Program-made: the position numbers and the translations under genes | Notes under the pieces: generated by a model | Database searches by the model: none | Told to the model about the DNA's origin: nothing | Seen by the model: the letters and a program-made list of their open reading frames with translations, nothing else | DNA from: an uncultured Rhizobium sp. | GTDB taxonomy: Bacteria > Pseudomonadota > Alphaproteobacteria > Caulobacterales > Hyphomonadaceae | Assembly: GCA_964407665.1 (NCBI GenBank) | Contig: CAYOWK010000016.1 | Coordinates: 13,288-77,287 of the forward strand | Direction of reading: 5' to 3' | DNA length: 64,000 nucleotides | In this document: one piece after another, positions 12,686 through 22,919 of the stretch | Layout: each line of letters starts with the position of its first letter | Numbering within the stretch: the stretch's first letter is position 1

Positions 12686-13043
12686 CGTTTTCCCCCAATG
12701 TCGCTGGCTATCCGACCAGCTGTTGCTGCTAGCTACCGAGGGCTGAAGACCCTGTCTACCATGCGGCGATCAAATTGCGCGGGTGGTTCCGGGTCCTTGC
12801 CGCGTGGTTCGGGGGCTACCTGAACTGAGCACCCGCAGACCTGCTGGTGAGGGCTCGCGCCAGCCCCGTTTTCGCGTCGGCCCAACGGCCCGGTTGCTGT
12901 GGCCTGACGAGTCATCCTTGAGCATTGCATTCCCCCCGGCGCCATGCTTCGCATGGGGTGTCTTCGGCGAGGCAGGCTTGCGAAGGCGACCCTTCCACCC
13001 CCCAGCAAGCTGGGGAGGACTGGCTCCAGCGCTTGAGATTGGC

Positions 13044-15023
13044 ATGATTGACTCTCTTCTCATCGCGAACCGGGGCGAGATTGCGCGGCGGATCATCCGG
13101 ACGGCGCGGCTGATGGGCGTGCGCACCGTCGCCGTCTATTCGGACGCCGACGAGGACATGCCATTCGTGCGGGAGGCGGATCTGGCGATTCCCATCGGTC
13201 CGGCGCCGACGCGCGAGAGCTATCTTGTGCCGGAGAAAATCCTCGTGGCGGCGAAGTTCGGCGGGGCGGATGCGATCCATCCCGGCTACGGATTCTTGTC
13301 CGAGAATGCGGGCTTTGCGCGGGCCGTGAAGCAGGCGGGGTATGTGTGGGTGGGGCCGCCGCCCGAGGCCATCGAGGCGATGGGGCTCAAGGATGCAGCC
13401 AAGCGCCTGATGAGCGAGGCGGGCGTGCCGGTGACGCCGGGCTATCTGGGCGATGATCAGGGCGCGGAGCGTCTGGCGCGCGAGGCGGCGGCCATCGGCT
13501 ATCCGGTGCTGATCAAGGCGGTTGCTGGAGGCGGCGGCAAGGGGATGCGCCGCGTGAACGGTGCGGACGCTTTTGGCGCGGCGCTGGAGAGCTGCCGTCG
13601 CGAGGCGGCGGCGAGCTTCGGCGATGATCGCGTGCTGATCGAGAAATACATCACCCGGCCGCGCCATATCGAGGTGCAGGTGTTCGGGGACACACACGGC
13701 AATGTCGTGCACCTGTTCGAGCGGGATTGTTCGCTGCAGCGCCGCCACCAGAAAGTGATCGAGGAAGCGCCGGCTCCGGGCATGGACCGGGCGACTCGGG
13801 CGGCGGTGTGCGAGGCGGCTGTGCGGGCGGCGAAGGCCGTGAACTATGAAGGAGCCGGGACGGTGGAATTCATCGCCGACGCCAGCGAGGGGCTGCGGCC
13901 CGACCGCATCTGGTTCATGGAAATGAACACGCGCCTGCAGGTGGAGCATCCCGTGACCGAGATGGTGACGGGGTTCGATCTGGTGGAGTGGCAGCTGCGG
14001 GTGGCCTCGGGCGAGCGCCTGCCGTGCCTGCAGGATGACATCAAGTTGCAGGGACACGCGATCGAGGCGCGGCTCTATGCGGAGAACCCCGCGACGGGAT
14101 TCCTGCCGTCCATCGGGCGGATCGAGCACATGCGGCTGCCGGAAGGTATCCGCGTCGACAGCGCCGTGGGCGAGGGCGATGTGGTCTCGCCGCACTACGA
14201 TCCGATGATCGCCAAGCTGATTTCCTATGGCGAGACGCGCGATCAGGCGGCGGCGATCCTGGCCGAGGCGTGCGCCGAGACGGAGATCTGGCCTGTGCGC
14301 ACGAATGCGGGCTTTCTGGCGCGCTGCCTGTGGCATCCGGATTTCCAGGACGGAGCCATCGATACAGGGTTCATCGAAGCCAACCTCGAAGACCTGGTGA
14401 CGCCGCCTCCGGCGAGGGATGCGCTGGGGGCTGCAGTCTTGCTCCGGCTGGAGGAGTTTGTGGGGGCAGATTACCGGCCCGATATCTGGGAGCCTGCTCC
14501 GACCCGGCTGTTCGGGTTCCGCCTCAACCAGACGCACGCGTCGGCTGTTCGTCTGCCGCTGACGGTGGGCGGTGAGGCGCGCCGGCTGGAGGTCGGCGTG
14601 CGGCGTCCCGGGCCGCTGCGGCCCTATGAGTGGGAAATCGAGCTCGATGGCGAGCCGTTCGTGGGCTCGGCCACTGCCACCGTGGTGGGGGATGAGCCCT
14701 ATCTGATTTTCTCCGACGGCGATCCGATGGAGGTGAGCTTCCGGCCTGCTTCTGCAACGGCAGGCGAGGGCGCGGTGAACGATGGCTCCATCCTGTCGCC
14801 AATGCCGGGCCGGATCGTCGCGGTGCTGGCCAGCGTGGGCGAGCGCGTAGCGAAGGGTCAGACGCTGCTGACGCTGGAAGCCATGAAGATGGAGCACACG
14901 ATGACGGCTCCCTTCGATGGCGTGGTGGAAGACATGAAGGTCGTGCAGGGCGACCAGACGGTGGAGGGCGCGCTGCTGGCGCGTATCGCACCGGATGGCG
15001 GCGCGGCAGGAGCAGGGAGCTGA
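13044..15023 (+). CDS. methylcrotonoyl-CoA carboxylase alpha subunit (biotin carboxylase + biotinyl/BCCP domain)
   Basis: Start ATG 13044 (MIDSLLIANRGEIARRIIRTAR). ATP-grasp biotin carboxylase motifs. C-terminal biotin attachment motif EAMKMEH. Confidence 0.85.
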   Translation: MIDSLLIANRGEIARRIIRTARLMGVRTVAVYSDADEDMPFVREADLAIPIGPAPTRESYLVPEKILVAAKFGGADAIHPGYGFLSENAGFARAVKQAGYVWVGPPPEAIEAMGLKDAAKRLMSEAGVPVTPGYLGDDQGAERLAREAAAIGYPVLIKAVAGGGGKGMRRVNGADAFGAALESCRREAAASFGDDRVLIEKYITRPRHIEVQVFGDTHGNVVHLFERDCSLQRRHQKVIEEAPAPGMDRATRAAVCEAAVRAAKAVNYEGAGTVEFIADASEGLRPDRIWFMEMNTRLQVEHPVTEMVTGFDLVEWQLRVASGERLPCLQDDIKLQGHAIEARLYAENPATGFLPSIGRIEHMRLPEGIRVDSAVGEGDVVSPHYDPMIAKLISYGETRDQAAAILAEACAETEIWPVRTNAGFLARCLWHPDFQDGAIDTGFIEANLEDLVTPPPARDALGAAVLLRLEEFVGADYRPDIWEPAPTRLFGFRLNQTHASAVRLPLTVGGEARRLEVGVRRPGPLRPYEWEIELDGEPFVGSATATVVGDEPYLIFSDGDPMEVSFRPASATAGEGAVNDGSILSPMPGRIVAVLASVGERVAKGQTLLTLEAMKMEHTMTAPFDGVVEDMKVVQGDQTVEGALLARIAPDGGAAGAGS

Positions 15024-15026
15024 ACG

Positions 15027-15515
15027 ATGGCTGGACTCTGGTTCGAAGAGCTTGAGGCCATGGCGGCCGGATCAGGATCTGGCGCCGTGATGCGCCACGC
15101 GCTGTCGCGCACCGTGACCGAGACCGACAATCTCCTGTTCACGACGATGACCCACAACCCGCAGCCGCTGCACCTCGACGCAGAGTACGCCGCCGGTACC
15201 GAGTTCGGGCGGATCGTCGTCAACGGCCTCTACACGTTCGCGCTGATGGTGGGCGTGTCGGTCGGGGACACGACGCTGGGAACGCTGGTCGCCAATCTCG
15301 GCTATGACGATGTGCGGATGCCGAAGCCGGTCTTCATCGGCGACACGCTGCGCTGCGAGACCAGCGTCGTCGAGACGCGGGTGTCGAAGTCGAGGGCGGA
15401 CGCCGGGCTCGTCGTGTTCGAGCACCGCGCCATCAACCAGCGCGGCGAGGTCGTTTGCGCCTGCAAGCGGACGGCGCTGATGCGTCGTCGGCCTGCTGAG
15501 AGCATTGTCACATGA
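15027..15515 (+). CDS. MaoC-like (R)-specific enoyl-CoA hydratase (hotdog fold), candidate 3-methylglutaconyl-CoA hydratase
   Basis: 162-aa hotdog-fold dehydratase sequence. 4 bp after the mccA stop, and it overlaps the CitE-like gene start. Confidence 0.7.
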   Translation: MAGLWFEELEAMAAGSGSGAVMRHALSRTVTETDNLLFTTMTHNPQPLHLDAEYAAGTEFGRIVVNGLYTFALMVGVSVGDTTLGTLVANLGYDDVRMPKPVFIGDTLRCETSVVETRVSKSRADAGLVVFEHRAINQRGEVVCACKRTALMRRRPAESIVT

Positions 15516-16405
15516 TCCCGCGTTCCTGGCTGTTTGCGCCAGCCGACTCGCCCGCCAAGATGGGCAAGGCGTTTGCGTCAGGGGCAGACGCCATCATTCT
15601 CGACATCGAGGATAGCGTCGCCGAAGCCCGCAAGGCCGAGGCGCGGCTGGCCGTTGCAGAGTTTCTTCGCGAGAAGGCCGGCGTGGCCGGTCCGGAGCTG
15701 TGGGTGCGGATCAACCCGATGTCGGGTCCGCATGCGCACGCCGATCTGGCTGCGGTGATTGATGCGAAGCCGGCTGGCGTGATCCTGCCCAAGCCGGACA
15801 GTTCGGCGGACGGTGTCCGGCTTGCGGTCGATCTCGACCGGCTGGAGTCTCGTGCAGGTCTGGAGCGGGGCGGCATCCGCATCCTGCCGATCGCGACCGA
15901 AACGCCGATGGCGCTGTTCCAGCTGCATACCTGGGGGGCTCCGGTGTCCGATGGATCGAGCCTCGCGCGGCGTCTTGCCGGCCTGTCGTGGGGCGCGGAG
16001 GATTTGTCGTCCGCCGTTGGCGCCGTGACGGCGCGCGACGAGGCCGGGGAGCTGACGGATCTTTACAGGATTGCGCGGTCGCTCTGCATCGCAGGCGCTG
16101 CCGCTGCAGGCGTGCCGGCAATCGAGACGGTCTATCCCGACTTCCGCGATCTGGCCGGACTTGAGCGCTATGTCGCTCGCGGCCGGCGGGACGGGTTCAT
16201 TGGGATGATGGCGATCCATCCAACCCAGGTCGCGGTGATCAACGCCGGGTTCACGCCCGGCCAGGCGGAGATCGAATTTGCCCAGCGGGTCGTCGACCTG
16301 TTCTCGGCCAATCCCGACGCCGCCACGCTTGCGATGGACGGCAAGATGCTGGACCGCCCGCATCTGGTGCAGGCGCAGCGTGTGCTGGCGCGGCGGCCGT
16401 CCTGA
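15512..16405 (+). CDS. CitE/HpcH-family CoA-ester lyase (citryl-/citramalyl-/HMG-CoA lyase-like)
   Basis: 297-aa CitE-like beta-subunit fold ([21 protein letters not shown]...ILDIEDSVA). ATGA overlap with the MaoC gene. Confidence 0.7.
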   Translation: MIPRSWLFAPADSPAKMGKAFASGADAIILDIEDSVAEARKAEARLAVAEFLREKAGVAGPELWVRINPMSGPHAHADLAAVIDAKPAGVILPKPDSSADGVRLAVDLDRLESRAGLERGGIRILPIATETPMALFQLHTWGAPVSDGSSLARRLAGLSWGAEDLSSAVGAVTARDEAGELTDLYRIARSLCIAGAAAAGVPAIETVYPDFRDLAGLERYVARGRRDGFIGMMAIHPTQVAVINAGFTPGQAEIEFAQRVVDLFSANPDAATLAMDGKMLDRPHLVQAQRVLARRPS

Positions 16406-16423
16406 ACCCGGATTGCAGCCTGA

Positions 16424-16448
16424 GCCGCCGGCAGGTCCTGCCGGCGGC
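16424..16448. terminator. GC-rich hairpin between convergent genes (GCCGCCGGCAGG-TC-CTGCCGGCGGC)
   Basis: Perfect 12-bp inverted repeat between the CitE stop (16405) and the convergent ORF stop (16467). No strong U tract. Confidence 0.4.
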
Positions 16449-16466
16449 CAGTGCTTCATTCATCGT

Positions 16467-17054
16467 CTAGCCACAGCCGGGTTGCCAGCCTGCCAGCTCC
16501 TGATCATCCGGCGTGCTCCACTGCACCTCGTCGGTCGTTCCCGACTGGCCGGTCGGCGAGGGCGTGATCACCTGGTAACGCATGCTCTTGTAGGCGATCT
16601 CCACCGACTCGGACGGCGGGTCAGCGGGGGTCGCGCCCGGGTAGACCGAGAACGACCGGATTTCGGCGCCTTCCAGGATCCAGCGGGCCTTGACCGTCTG
16701 GGGACGGCTGCGGGTCGCGGGTTCCGTGAAGGTGATCTCCACCGTACCGATCTCCTCGCCATCGACGGCGGCTAGGGCAAGGCGGGGCGAGGCGCGGTCA
16801 GGCGTCTTGTTGACCATCACGTTGCCCACCATGCGGTAGGTCTCGGGCGTGACGCCATCCTCGCCCATCGTCGGCATGTTGGAGATGCTGAGGCTGGCGC
16901 CCTGCAAGACGATCTGCTGTTCGAAGCCCTTGGCGGTCGCCTCACCCAGGGCGCTGGCGGCCTTCATGTAGACTTCTGCGCTGGCGGCTCCCGCCGGCAG
17001 CAGAGCCAGCGTGGCGGCAGCAAAAGCGCCGCGCATCAGCGAAAGACGGGTCAT
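16467..17054 (-). CDS. secreted hypothetical protein
   Basis: Start chosen at ATG 17052-17054 (MTRLSLMRGAFAAATLALLPAGAASA signal peptide). The track ORF extends further, but upstream residues are Arg-rich junk. Confidence 0.5.
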   Translation of the reverse strand: MTRLSLMRGAFAAATLALLPAGAASAEVYMKAASALGEATAKGFEQQIVLQGASLSISNMPTMGEDGVTPETYRMVGNVMVNKTPDRASPRLALAAVDGEEIGTVEITFTEPATRSRPQTVKARWILEGAEIRSFSVYPGATPADPPSESVEIAYKSMRYQVITPSPTGQSGTTDEVQWSTPDDQELAGWQPGCG

Positions 17055-17239
17055 TGGTCCCTCCGTGCAGCCGCGCGCCTGTGAACGCGCGATCTGCGTT
17101 TGTCCGGAGCGCCCGCCACTGCGGCGGCTTCTGGTCCGGACACCACACAATCTCGCGAGCATCCGCGGCGGGCGTAGGGCGCAGCGGCCACGCAATTGTG
17201 GCGGCGCGTGACGCTTTCACGGCTGAAGGGCTTTCGAGG

Positions 17240-17449
17240 CTACAGCTTGCCAGTGAGCCGCCGGTAGACCCGCCAGATCAGGACGCCGAAGGCGGCGACC
17301 GCCAGACCGCCGAAGACGATCCACGAGCCTGTCTTCGTGCTGGCGAAGGCGATCAGCGGCCCCGACACGCCCGGCAGCAGGAGCAGGACGATCAGGATTA
17401 CGGGAATGACAAAGGCCGCGATGGCCAGGGCGAGTTCGGCAGGCTTCAT
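17240..17449 (-). CDS. small 2-TM membrane protein, hypothetical
   Basis: 69 aa, two hydrophobic helices. Placed between two same-strand genes. Confidence 0.35.
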   Translation of the reverse strand: MKPAELALAIAAFVIPVILIVLLLLPGVSGPLIAFASTKTGSWIVFGGLAVAAFGVLIWRVYRRLTGKL

Positions 17450-17471
17450 GAAGGCGTCCTAACCCGGACGG

Positions 17472-19472
17472 TTACTTGTCCGCAACGCCCAGCTGCTCCT
17501 CGATGAAGGCGGCCTGGCGGCGGAAGTAGAACAGGCGGTTGGAGAGTTTGCGCCAGCCATGGCCCTCGTCGGGGATGCGGATGAAGTCCGCCCGGACGCC
17601 GTTCTTGCGAAGGGTCTTCACCATCGTCTCGGTCTCGGCGATGTCGATGCGCGGGTCCATCACGCCGTGCGAGTAGAGGACGGGAACCTTGATGCGGTCC
17701 GCCTGCCGGATGGGAGAGTTCTCGGCGTAGAAGTCTTTCCAGCGCTGCTCGGTGATGTCGCCGTACTCGATGCGGTCCGCAGCCTTCAGGGACGGAGAGG
17801 CGACTTCCAGCGCTGTGACCCAGTCCGCAACGCCGTAGAGCGAGACCCCTGCCTTGAAGGCGTCCGGGTAGGCCGCCAGCACGGCATTTACCATGTAGCC
17901 GCCATAGGAGCCGCCCATGACGGCGGCCCGGCCCGCGTCGACCCGGCCGTCCGTCTTCAGGAATTCCAGCATGTCGACGAGGTCACGCACGCTATCGAGG
18001 CGCTTTGTCTGGTCGTCGAGGGTTACGTAGGTGCGGCCAAAACCGGTGGAGCCGCGGACGTTCGGCGAGAATACGGCGACGCCGCGGTCGACGTGATACT
18101 GCGCCACGGCGTCAAATGAGGCCATCGACTGGCCTGTCGGTCCTCCATGTACCGCGAACAGGACGGGCGGGGGACCGCTGCCTTTGCGCGACGCCGCGTC
18201 GGGCAGATAGAGCAGGCCCTGGAGTTCGACGCCGTCACGCGCCTTCATGCGGATGGACTGGGGCCGGACGAGGCGCTCGGGTTTGAGCCCAGCCATGGCG
18301 CCCTCGAAGATCGTCTTGGTTTCACCCGTGGCGATGTTCCACGACAGGACGCTTCCGGGCGTCTTCCAGCCGCTCACGCGGATGGCGGCGGTGTCCGAGC
18401 CCGGGGCGCAGGTGATGCTCAGGACACCCTCCGGCAGTTTGGGCGTGCTGACCGCAGCGCCGGACACCAGGTCACGGGCATGCAGGGTGAAGAAGCCGTC
18501 GTCGTTGGTTGTCCAGGCTAGGTAGCGGCTGTTCGTCCCGCACAGCGAGACGCCGCCGATGTCGCGGGCGGCCTCCTGCACGAGCGATGTCCGGCCGGCG
18601 GCGACGTCGTGGAACATCAGGGCTGAGAATTCGCGGCCCTCGTTGGAGGCGAACCAGAAGCCCGACCCGTCCGGTTTCCATTCGAAGCCGCCATCGGCAT
18701 GGTTCGCGCGGGGGGCCGGCTTTGCAAGCGTGGTCAGCTTCCGGCTGGTCATGTCCAGCAGGTAGAGATTGTCGGAATCCTCGCCGACGGATTCCGTGAC
18801 GATGGCCTTCGATCCATCCGGCGACAGGGACTGCGCGATGTAGGCGAATGAGCCTTCGTAGATCAGCTCCGCCTTGCCGGAGAGATCCGACCGCCAGACG
18901 TCGAAGTCGAGGCCGTTGCGCTCTGTCGAGGAGTAGACGAACGACTTGCCGTCGCCGCTAAAATCGCCGAACGCCCGGAAGCCGCCTTTTGCGGCTGGCA
19001 GGACCACCCGTTCGCGCTTGCCGTCTGCAGAGATCACATAGAACGCGGGCTGTTCGTTGCCGTCATTGTCGGCGCCGTACATCAGCCCGGAGCCGTCCGG
19101 AACCCAGCGTGCGAACGTCACGCCGTTGCCATAGGTGAGCTGCATCGGCTGGCCGCCGTTGGCCGGCAGCGTCCAGAGCTGGGGTGTTCCGGTGATCGAC
19201 CAGGTGAAGGCGAGCGTTCTGCCATCGGGAGACAGCTCGATGCCGCCGGCGCCGCTGGCCAGCAGATAGCGCGCTATGTCGGACGGGTCGTCGCCGGCCT
19301 GACCGACCCGGATGGCTTCGGGCGAGGGCTCGATGGCCTCGATCGACTTGTCTGCGCCGGCCATGCCGCCAAAGGCTGTCCCCGGCTGGGCGGGCGCCGC
19401 CGTCTCGTCTCCGGCAGGCGTGGCGCAGGCCGCTAGGGCAAGCACCGACAGGCTGACCAAGGCTATGCGCAT
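17472..19472 (-). CDS. S9 family serine peptidase (prolyl oligopeptidase/dipeptidyl aminopeptidase with TolB-like beta-propeller), lipoprotein
   Basis: GGSYGGYM nucleophile elbow. C-terminal alpha/beta hydrolase fold. N-terminal propeller region. Start ATG 19470-19472 (MRIALVSLSVLALAAC lipobox). The track ORF start at 19895 is rejected. Confidence 0.8.
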   Translation of the reverse strand: MRIALVSLSVLALAACATPAGDETAAPAQPGTAFGGMAGADKSIEAIEPSPEAIRVGQAGDDPSDIARYLLASGAGGIELSPDGRTLAFTWSITGTPQLWTLPANGGQPMQLTYGNGVTFARWVPDGSGLMYGADNDGNEQPAFYVISADGKRERVVLPAAKGGFRAFGDFSGDGKSFVYSSTERNGLDFDVWRSDLSGKAELIYEGSFAYIAQSLSPDGSKAIVTESVGEDSDNLYLLDMTSRKLTTLAKPAPRANHADGGFEWKPDGSGFWFASNEGREFSALMFHDVAAGRTSLVQEAARDIGGVSLCGTNSRYLAWTTNDDGFFTLHARDLVSGAAVSTPKLPEGVLSITCAPGSDTAAIRVSGWKTPGSVLSWNIATGETKTIFEGAMAGLKPERLVRPQSIRMKARDGVELQGLLYLPDAASRKGSGPPPVLFAVHGGPTGQSMASFDAVAQYHVDRGVAVFSPNVRGSTGFGRTYVTLDDQTKRLDSVRDLVDMLEFLKTDGRVDAGRAAVMGGSYGGYMVNAVLAAYPDAFKAGVSLYGVADWVTALEVASPSLKAADRIEYGDITEQRWKDFYAENSPIRQADRIKVPVLYSHGVMDPRIDIAETETMVKTLRKNGVRADFIRIPDEGHGWRKLSNRLFYFRRQAAFIEEQLGVADK

Positions 19473-19568
19473 CACGACTCTCCCACACGTTGCCGCGCAC
19501 GCTAATCGCTTGCGGCGAGTTTGCCAGCCTCCCTTTCGCGATCCGATCCGAATGATTAGGAACGCGCC

Positions 19569-20501
19569 ATGACGATGCGCATAGCCTTCATGGGTTCCCC
19601 CGATTTCGCTGTTCCGGCGCTGGAAGCCTTGCTGGCGGCAGGCCATCAGGTCGCCTGCGTCTATTCCCAGCCGCCACGGCCTGCCGGCCGGGGGCAGGAG
19701 CTGCGCAGGACGGCGGTGCACCAGGCGGCTGATTCGCATGGGCTGGACGTCCGCACACCCCTGAACTTCAAAGCCGAGGAGGACCGCCAGGCCTTCCGTG
19801 ATCTCGGTCTCGATGTCGCGGTGGTCGTGGCCTACGGACTGATTCTGCCGAAAGCCATTCTGGAGGCGCCGCGTCTGGGATGCCTCAATCTCCATGGTAG
19901 TCTGCTACCGCGCTGGCGGGGGGCGGCGCCGATCCAGCGCGCGATCATGGCCGGGGATGCCGAAACCGGCGTTCAGGTGATGCAGATGGAGGCGGGACTG
20001 GATACCGGCCCGGTGCTCCTGACAGCCCGGACGCCGATTTCAGAGACCGATACGACCCGCGAGGTGCATGACCGGTTGGCCCAGCTGGGCGCCGCGTTGA
20101 TGGTGGAGGCGCTTGCGCGCCTTGAGGACGGGGACCTGCCGGCCACGCCCCAGCCGGACGAGGGCGTCACCTACGCCGCCAAGATCACGACGGAGGAAGC
20201 CCGCATCGACTGGTCGCGTCCTGCAGCTCAGGTCAGCGCCCATATTCGCGGACTGTCGCCGGCGCCGGGGGCGTGGTTCGAGTATCCGACGGACAAGGGT
20301 CCGGTTCGTATCAAGGTGCTGCACGCGCAGACGTCCGCCGAGGCTGGACCGCCGGGCGTCGTGCTCGACGGGCGCCTGACGATCGGATGCGGCGAAGGAT
20401 CGGTGCAGCTTACGCGCTTGCAGCGCGCGGGAAAGGGGCCGATGACCGCCGGAGATTTTCTGCGCGGCACGCCCATTTCGCAGGGCGACCGGCTGGGTTG
20501 A
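19569..20501 (+). CDS. fmt: methionyl-tRNA formyltransferase
   Basis: MRIAFMGSPDFAVP...LNLHGSLLPRWRGAAPIQRAI formyltransferase motifs. Confidence 0.9.
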   Translation: MTMRIAFMGSPDFAVPALEALLAAGHQVACVYSQPPRPAGRGQELRRTAVHQAADSHGLDVRTPLNFKAEEDRQAFRDLGLDVAVVVAYGLILPKAILEAPRLGCLNLHGSLLPRWRGAAPIQRAIMAGDAETGVQVMQMEAGLDTGPVLLTARTPISETDTTREVHDRLAQLGAALMVEALARLEDGDLPATPQPDEGVTYAAKITTEEARIDWSRPAAQVSAHIRGLSPAPGAWFEYPTDKGPVRIKVLHAQTSAEAGPPGVVLDGRLTIGCGEGSVQLTRLQRAGKGPMTAGDFLRGTPISQGDRLG

Positions 20502-20511
20502 GGAAACGGGC

Positions 20512-21024
20512 ATGGACGCCGACAAGGGCCTGATGATCACGATGCGCCCGGCCGCGCCTGCGGACGCCGAGGCGATTGCCGAACTTGCGACACAGGCGTT
20601 CGGCCGCCCTGATGAGGCGCGCATCATCGCTGATCTCGAGAAGGATGGCGCGATCTGGCTGCACGCAGTCGCCGAACTCGACGGCAAGATCGTGGGTCAG
20701 ATCGTGTTCTACCAGCTGGGCGTGTATGGCCGGCTGGGCGGACTGGGCCTCGGCCCGATGTGCGTCGATCCGTGGGTGCAGCGCCAGCGCATCGGCATGA
20801 GCCTGATCCGGTACGGGATCGAAGCCGCGCAGCGCGCGGGCGTGCCGATCATCTTCGTGCTCGGCCATGCCGACTATTATCCCAAGATGGGCTTCTCGGC
20901 GGACGCCGCGAAGGACTTCGAGTCGCCTTGGACGGGCAAGCCGGAGTTCATGGCGATCCGGCTGAGATACGGGCCGCCGATGTCGGGTCGGCTGGTGTTC
21001 CCGCGGGCGTTCGGGGTCGCCTGA
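20512..21024 (+). CDS. GNAT family N-acetyltransferase
   Basis: 170-aa acetyl-CoA binding fold (QRIGMSLIRYGIEAAQRAG). Confidence 0.75.
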   Translation: MDADKGLMITMRPAAPADAEAIAELATQAFGRPDEARIIADLEKDGAIWLHAVAELDGKIVGQIVFYQLGVYGRLGGLGLGPMCVDPWVQRQRIGMSLIRYGIEAAQRAGVPIIFVLGHADYYPKMGFSADAAKDFESPWTGKPEFMAIRLRYGPPMSGRLVFPRAFGVA

Positions 21025-21777
21025 GTGCCGCGTTACAAGCTCACCATAGAGTATGACGGCGGAGGCTATTCCGGCTGGCAGCGGCAGGCGGACCTGCCGT
21101 CCATCCAGGGCGCGCTGGAAGATGCCGCGGCGGTGCTCAACGGCGGCGAGCGGACCGATGTCACGGGAGCGGGGCGGACGGACGCTGGCGTGCATGCAGT
21201 GGGGCAGGTGGCGCACCTTGATCTGCTCAAGGCGTTTCCGGCGGAGAAGCTCGCGGATGCGATGAACGCCCACCTGCGGCCGCATCCCATCGCCGTCCTC
21301 GCGGCAGAGGCGGCGGCGGATGACTTTCACGCCCGCTTTGACGCTATCAGCCGCAGCTATCTCTACCGCATCGTCAACCGCCGCGCGCATCTGGCGCTGG
21401 AGAACGGCAAGGCCTGGCGGGTGCCGGTGAAGCTTGATCACGAAGCCATGCACGAGGCGGCGCAGGCGCTTGTCGGACGGCACGACTTCACGACCTTCCG
21501 CGACAGCCAGTGCCAGGCCGACAGCCCGGTCAAGTCGATCGATGTCATGGACGTGTCGCGGCTGGGACAGGACATCGAGATCCGCACCAGCGCGCGATCA
21601 TTCCTGCACCGGCAGGTGCGCTCCATCGTCGGATCGCTGGTGGAGGTCGGACGGGGGAAGGAACGGCCACGCTGGATTGGCGAGATCCTGGCGGCGGCGG
21701 ACAGGACGCAGTGTGGGCCTGTGGCTCCGCCGGACGGGCTCTATCTGGTCAGCGTCGGGTATCCGCTCTCCCGTTGA
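21025..21777 (+). CDS. truA: tRNA pseudouridine(38-40) synthase
   Basis: GTG start. [21 protein letters not shown] and RTDAGVHA catalytic Asp motif. Confidence 0.9.
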   Translation: MPRYKLTIEYDGGGYSGWQRQADLPSIQGALEDAAAVLNGGERTDVTGAGRTDAGVHAVGQVAHLDLLKAFPAEKLADAMNAHLRPHPIAVLAAEAAADDFHARFDAISRSYLYRIVNRRAHLALENGKAWRVPVKLDHEAMHEAAQALVGRHDFTTFRDSQCQADSPVKSIDVMDVSRLGQDIEIRTSARSFLHRQVRSIVGSLVEVGRGKERPRWIGEILAAADRTQCGPVAPPDGLYLVSVGYPLSR

Positions 21778-21941
21778 CGACGGGGGTTGGCGGTCCTATC
21801 TGGGCCCCGTGGTGATTTGTCCGGTCGGATTGCAGCCACGTTAAACAACTCGCTAAAAGGCCGTGGCGACGACACCTGCTTCTGCGCCCGGTCCTGTCAT
21901 GGTCCATCCCCTGTAGAGGGGCGAGCGCAAGGAAGTCCGCC

Positions 21942-22862
21942 GTGCCGATCCGAATTCCCGAAGATCTTCCCGCCCGCGACGTTCTCGTGCGCGAGGGCGT
22001 GAACGTGATGGACGAGCGTCAGGCCGCCCGTCAGGACATCCGGCCGCTGCAGATCGGTCTGCTCAACCTGATGCCCAACAAGGTCCGGACGGAGACGCAG
22101 TTCGCCCGCCTGCTCGGGTCGACGCCGCTCCAGATCGATCTGACGCTCATCCGCATCGGCGGGCATGCGGCGAAGAATACCTCTGAGGAGCACCTCATCT
22201 CGTTCTACCAGACGTGGGAGGAGGTGGCGCACCGCAAGTTCGACGGCTTCATCATCACCGGAGCACCGCTGGAGACGATGCCGTACGAGGACGTCACCTA
22301 CTGGGACGGGATTACGCGGATCTTCGAGTGGACGCGCACCAATGTGCACTCCACGTTCTCGATCTGCTGGGGCGCCATGGCCGCGCTCTATCATTTCCAC
22401 GGCGTGCCGAAGCAGGCGCTGGAGAAGAAGGCGTTCGGCGTCTTCCCGCACCTGAACCTCAAGCCGTCTTCGCCCTATCTCGCCGGCTATTCGGATGAGG
22501 TGAACATCTGCGTGTCGAGGTGGGCGGATATTTCACGGCGCGACATTCCGGCAGACAGCGGCCTCGATATCCTGCTGGAGTCGAAGGACGCCGGGCTGTG
22601 CCTGCTGTCCGAAGCGGACGGCAACCGCCTGCACCTTCTCAATCACGTCGAGTATGATTCAACGACGCTTGCCGAGGAGTATTTCCGCGATTTCGACGCG
22701 GGCAAGGCGATCGAGATCCCCCGCAACTACTTCCCGGAAGACGATCCATCACAGCCGCCGCTGAACCGGTGGCGCAGTCACGCTTTCCTGCTGTTCGGGA
22801 ACTGGCTGAACCAGGTCTACCAGACGACGTCGTTTGACCTCGAGCGGATCGGCGAGGGCTGA
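21942..22862 (+). CDS. metA: homoserine O-acyltransferase (MetA family)
   Basis: The MetA fold sequence [13 protein letters not shown]...ITGAPLE is present. 164-bp structured leader upstream. Confidence 0.85.
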   Translation: MPIRIPEDLPARDVLVREGVNVMDERQAARQDIRPLQIGLLNLMPNKVRTETQFARLLGSTPLQIDLTLIRIGGHAAKNTSEEHLISFYQTWEEVAHRKFDGFIITGAPLETMPYEDVTYWDGITRIFEWTRTNVHSTFSICWGAMAALYHFHGVPKQALEKKAFGVFPHLNLKPSSPYLAGYSDEVNICVSRWADISRRDIPADSGLDILLESKDAGLCLLSEADGNRLHLLNHVEYDSTTLAEEYFRDFDAGKAIEIPRNYFPEDDPSQPPLNRWRSHAFLLFGNWLNQVYQTTSFDLERIGEG

Positions 22863-22887
22863 TCAACGCCGGGCTCCCTGGCTTTCG

Positions 22888-22919
22888 CGCAACTGCAGTC
22901 CCTTGGACTGCAACGCGCT
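22888..22919. terminator. hairpin between convergent metA and tamB
   Basis: GCGC-AA-CTGCAGTCC-CTT-GGACTGCA-AC-GCGC extended inverted repeat, sitting exactly between the two stops. Confidence 0.4.

Noticed and set aside
17472-19895. Track start of the S9 peptidase ORF at 19895 (807 aa)
   Set aside because: The first 141 codons lack protein-like composition. A lipoprotein signal (MRIALVSLSVLALAAC) begins at 19472 and is the credible start.
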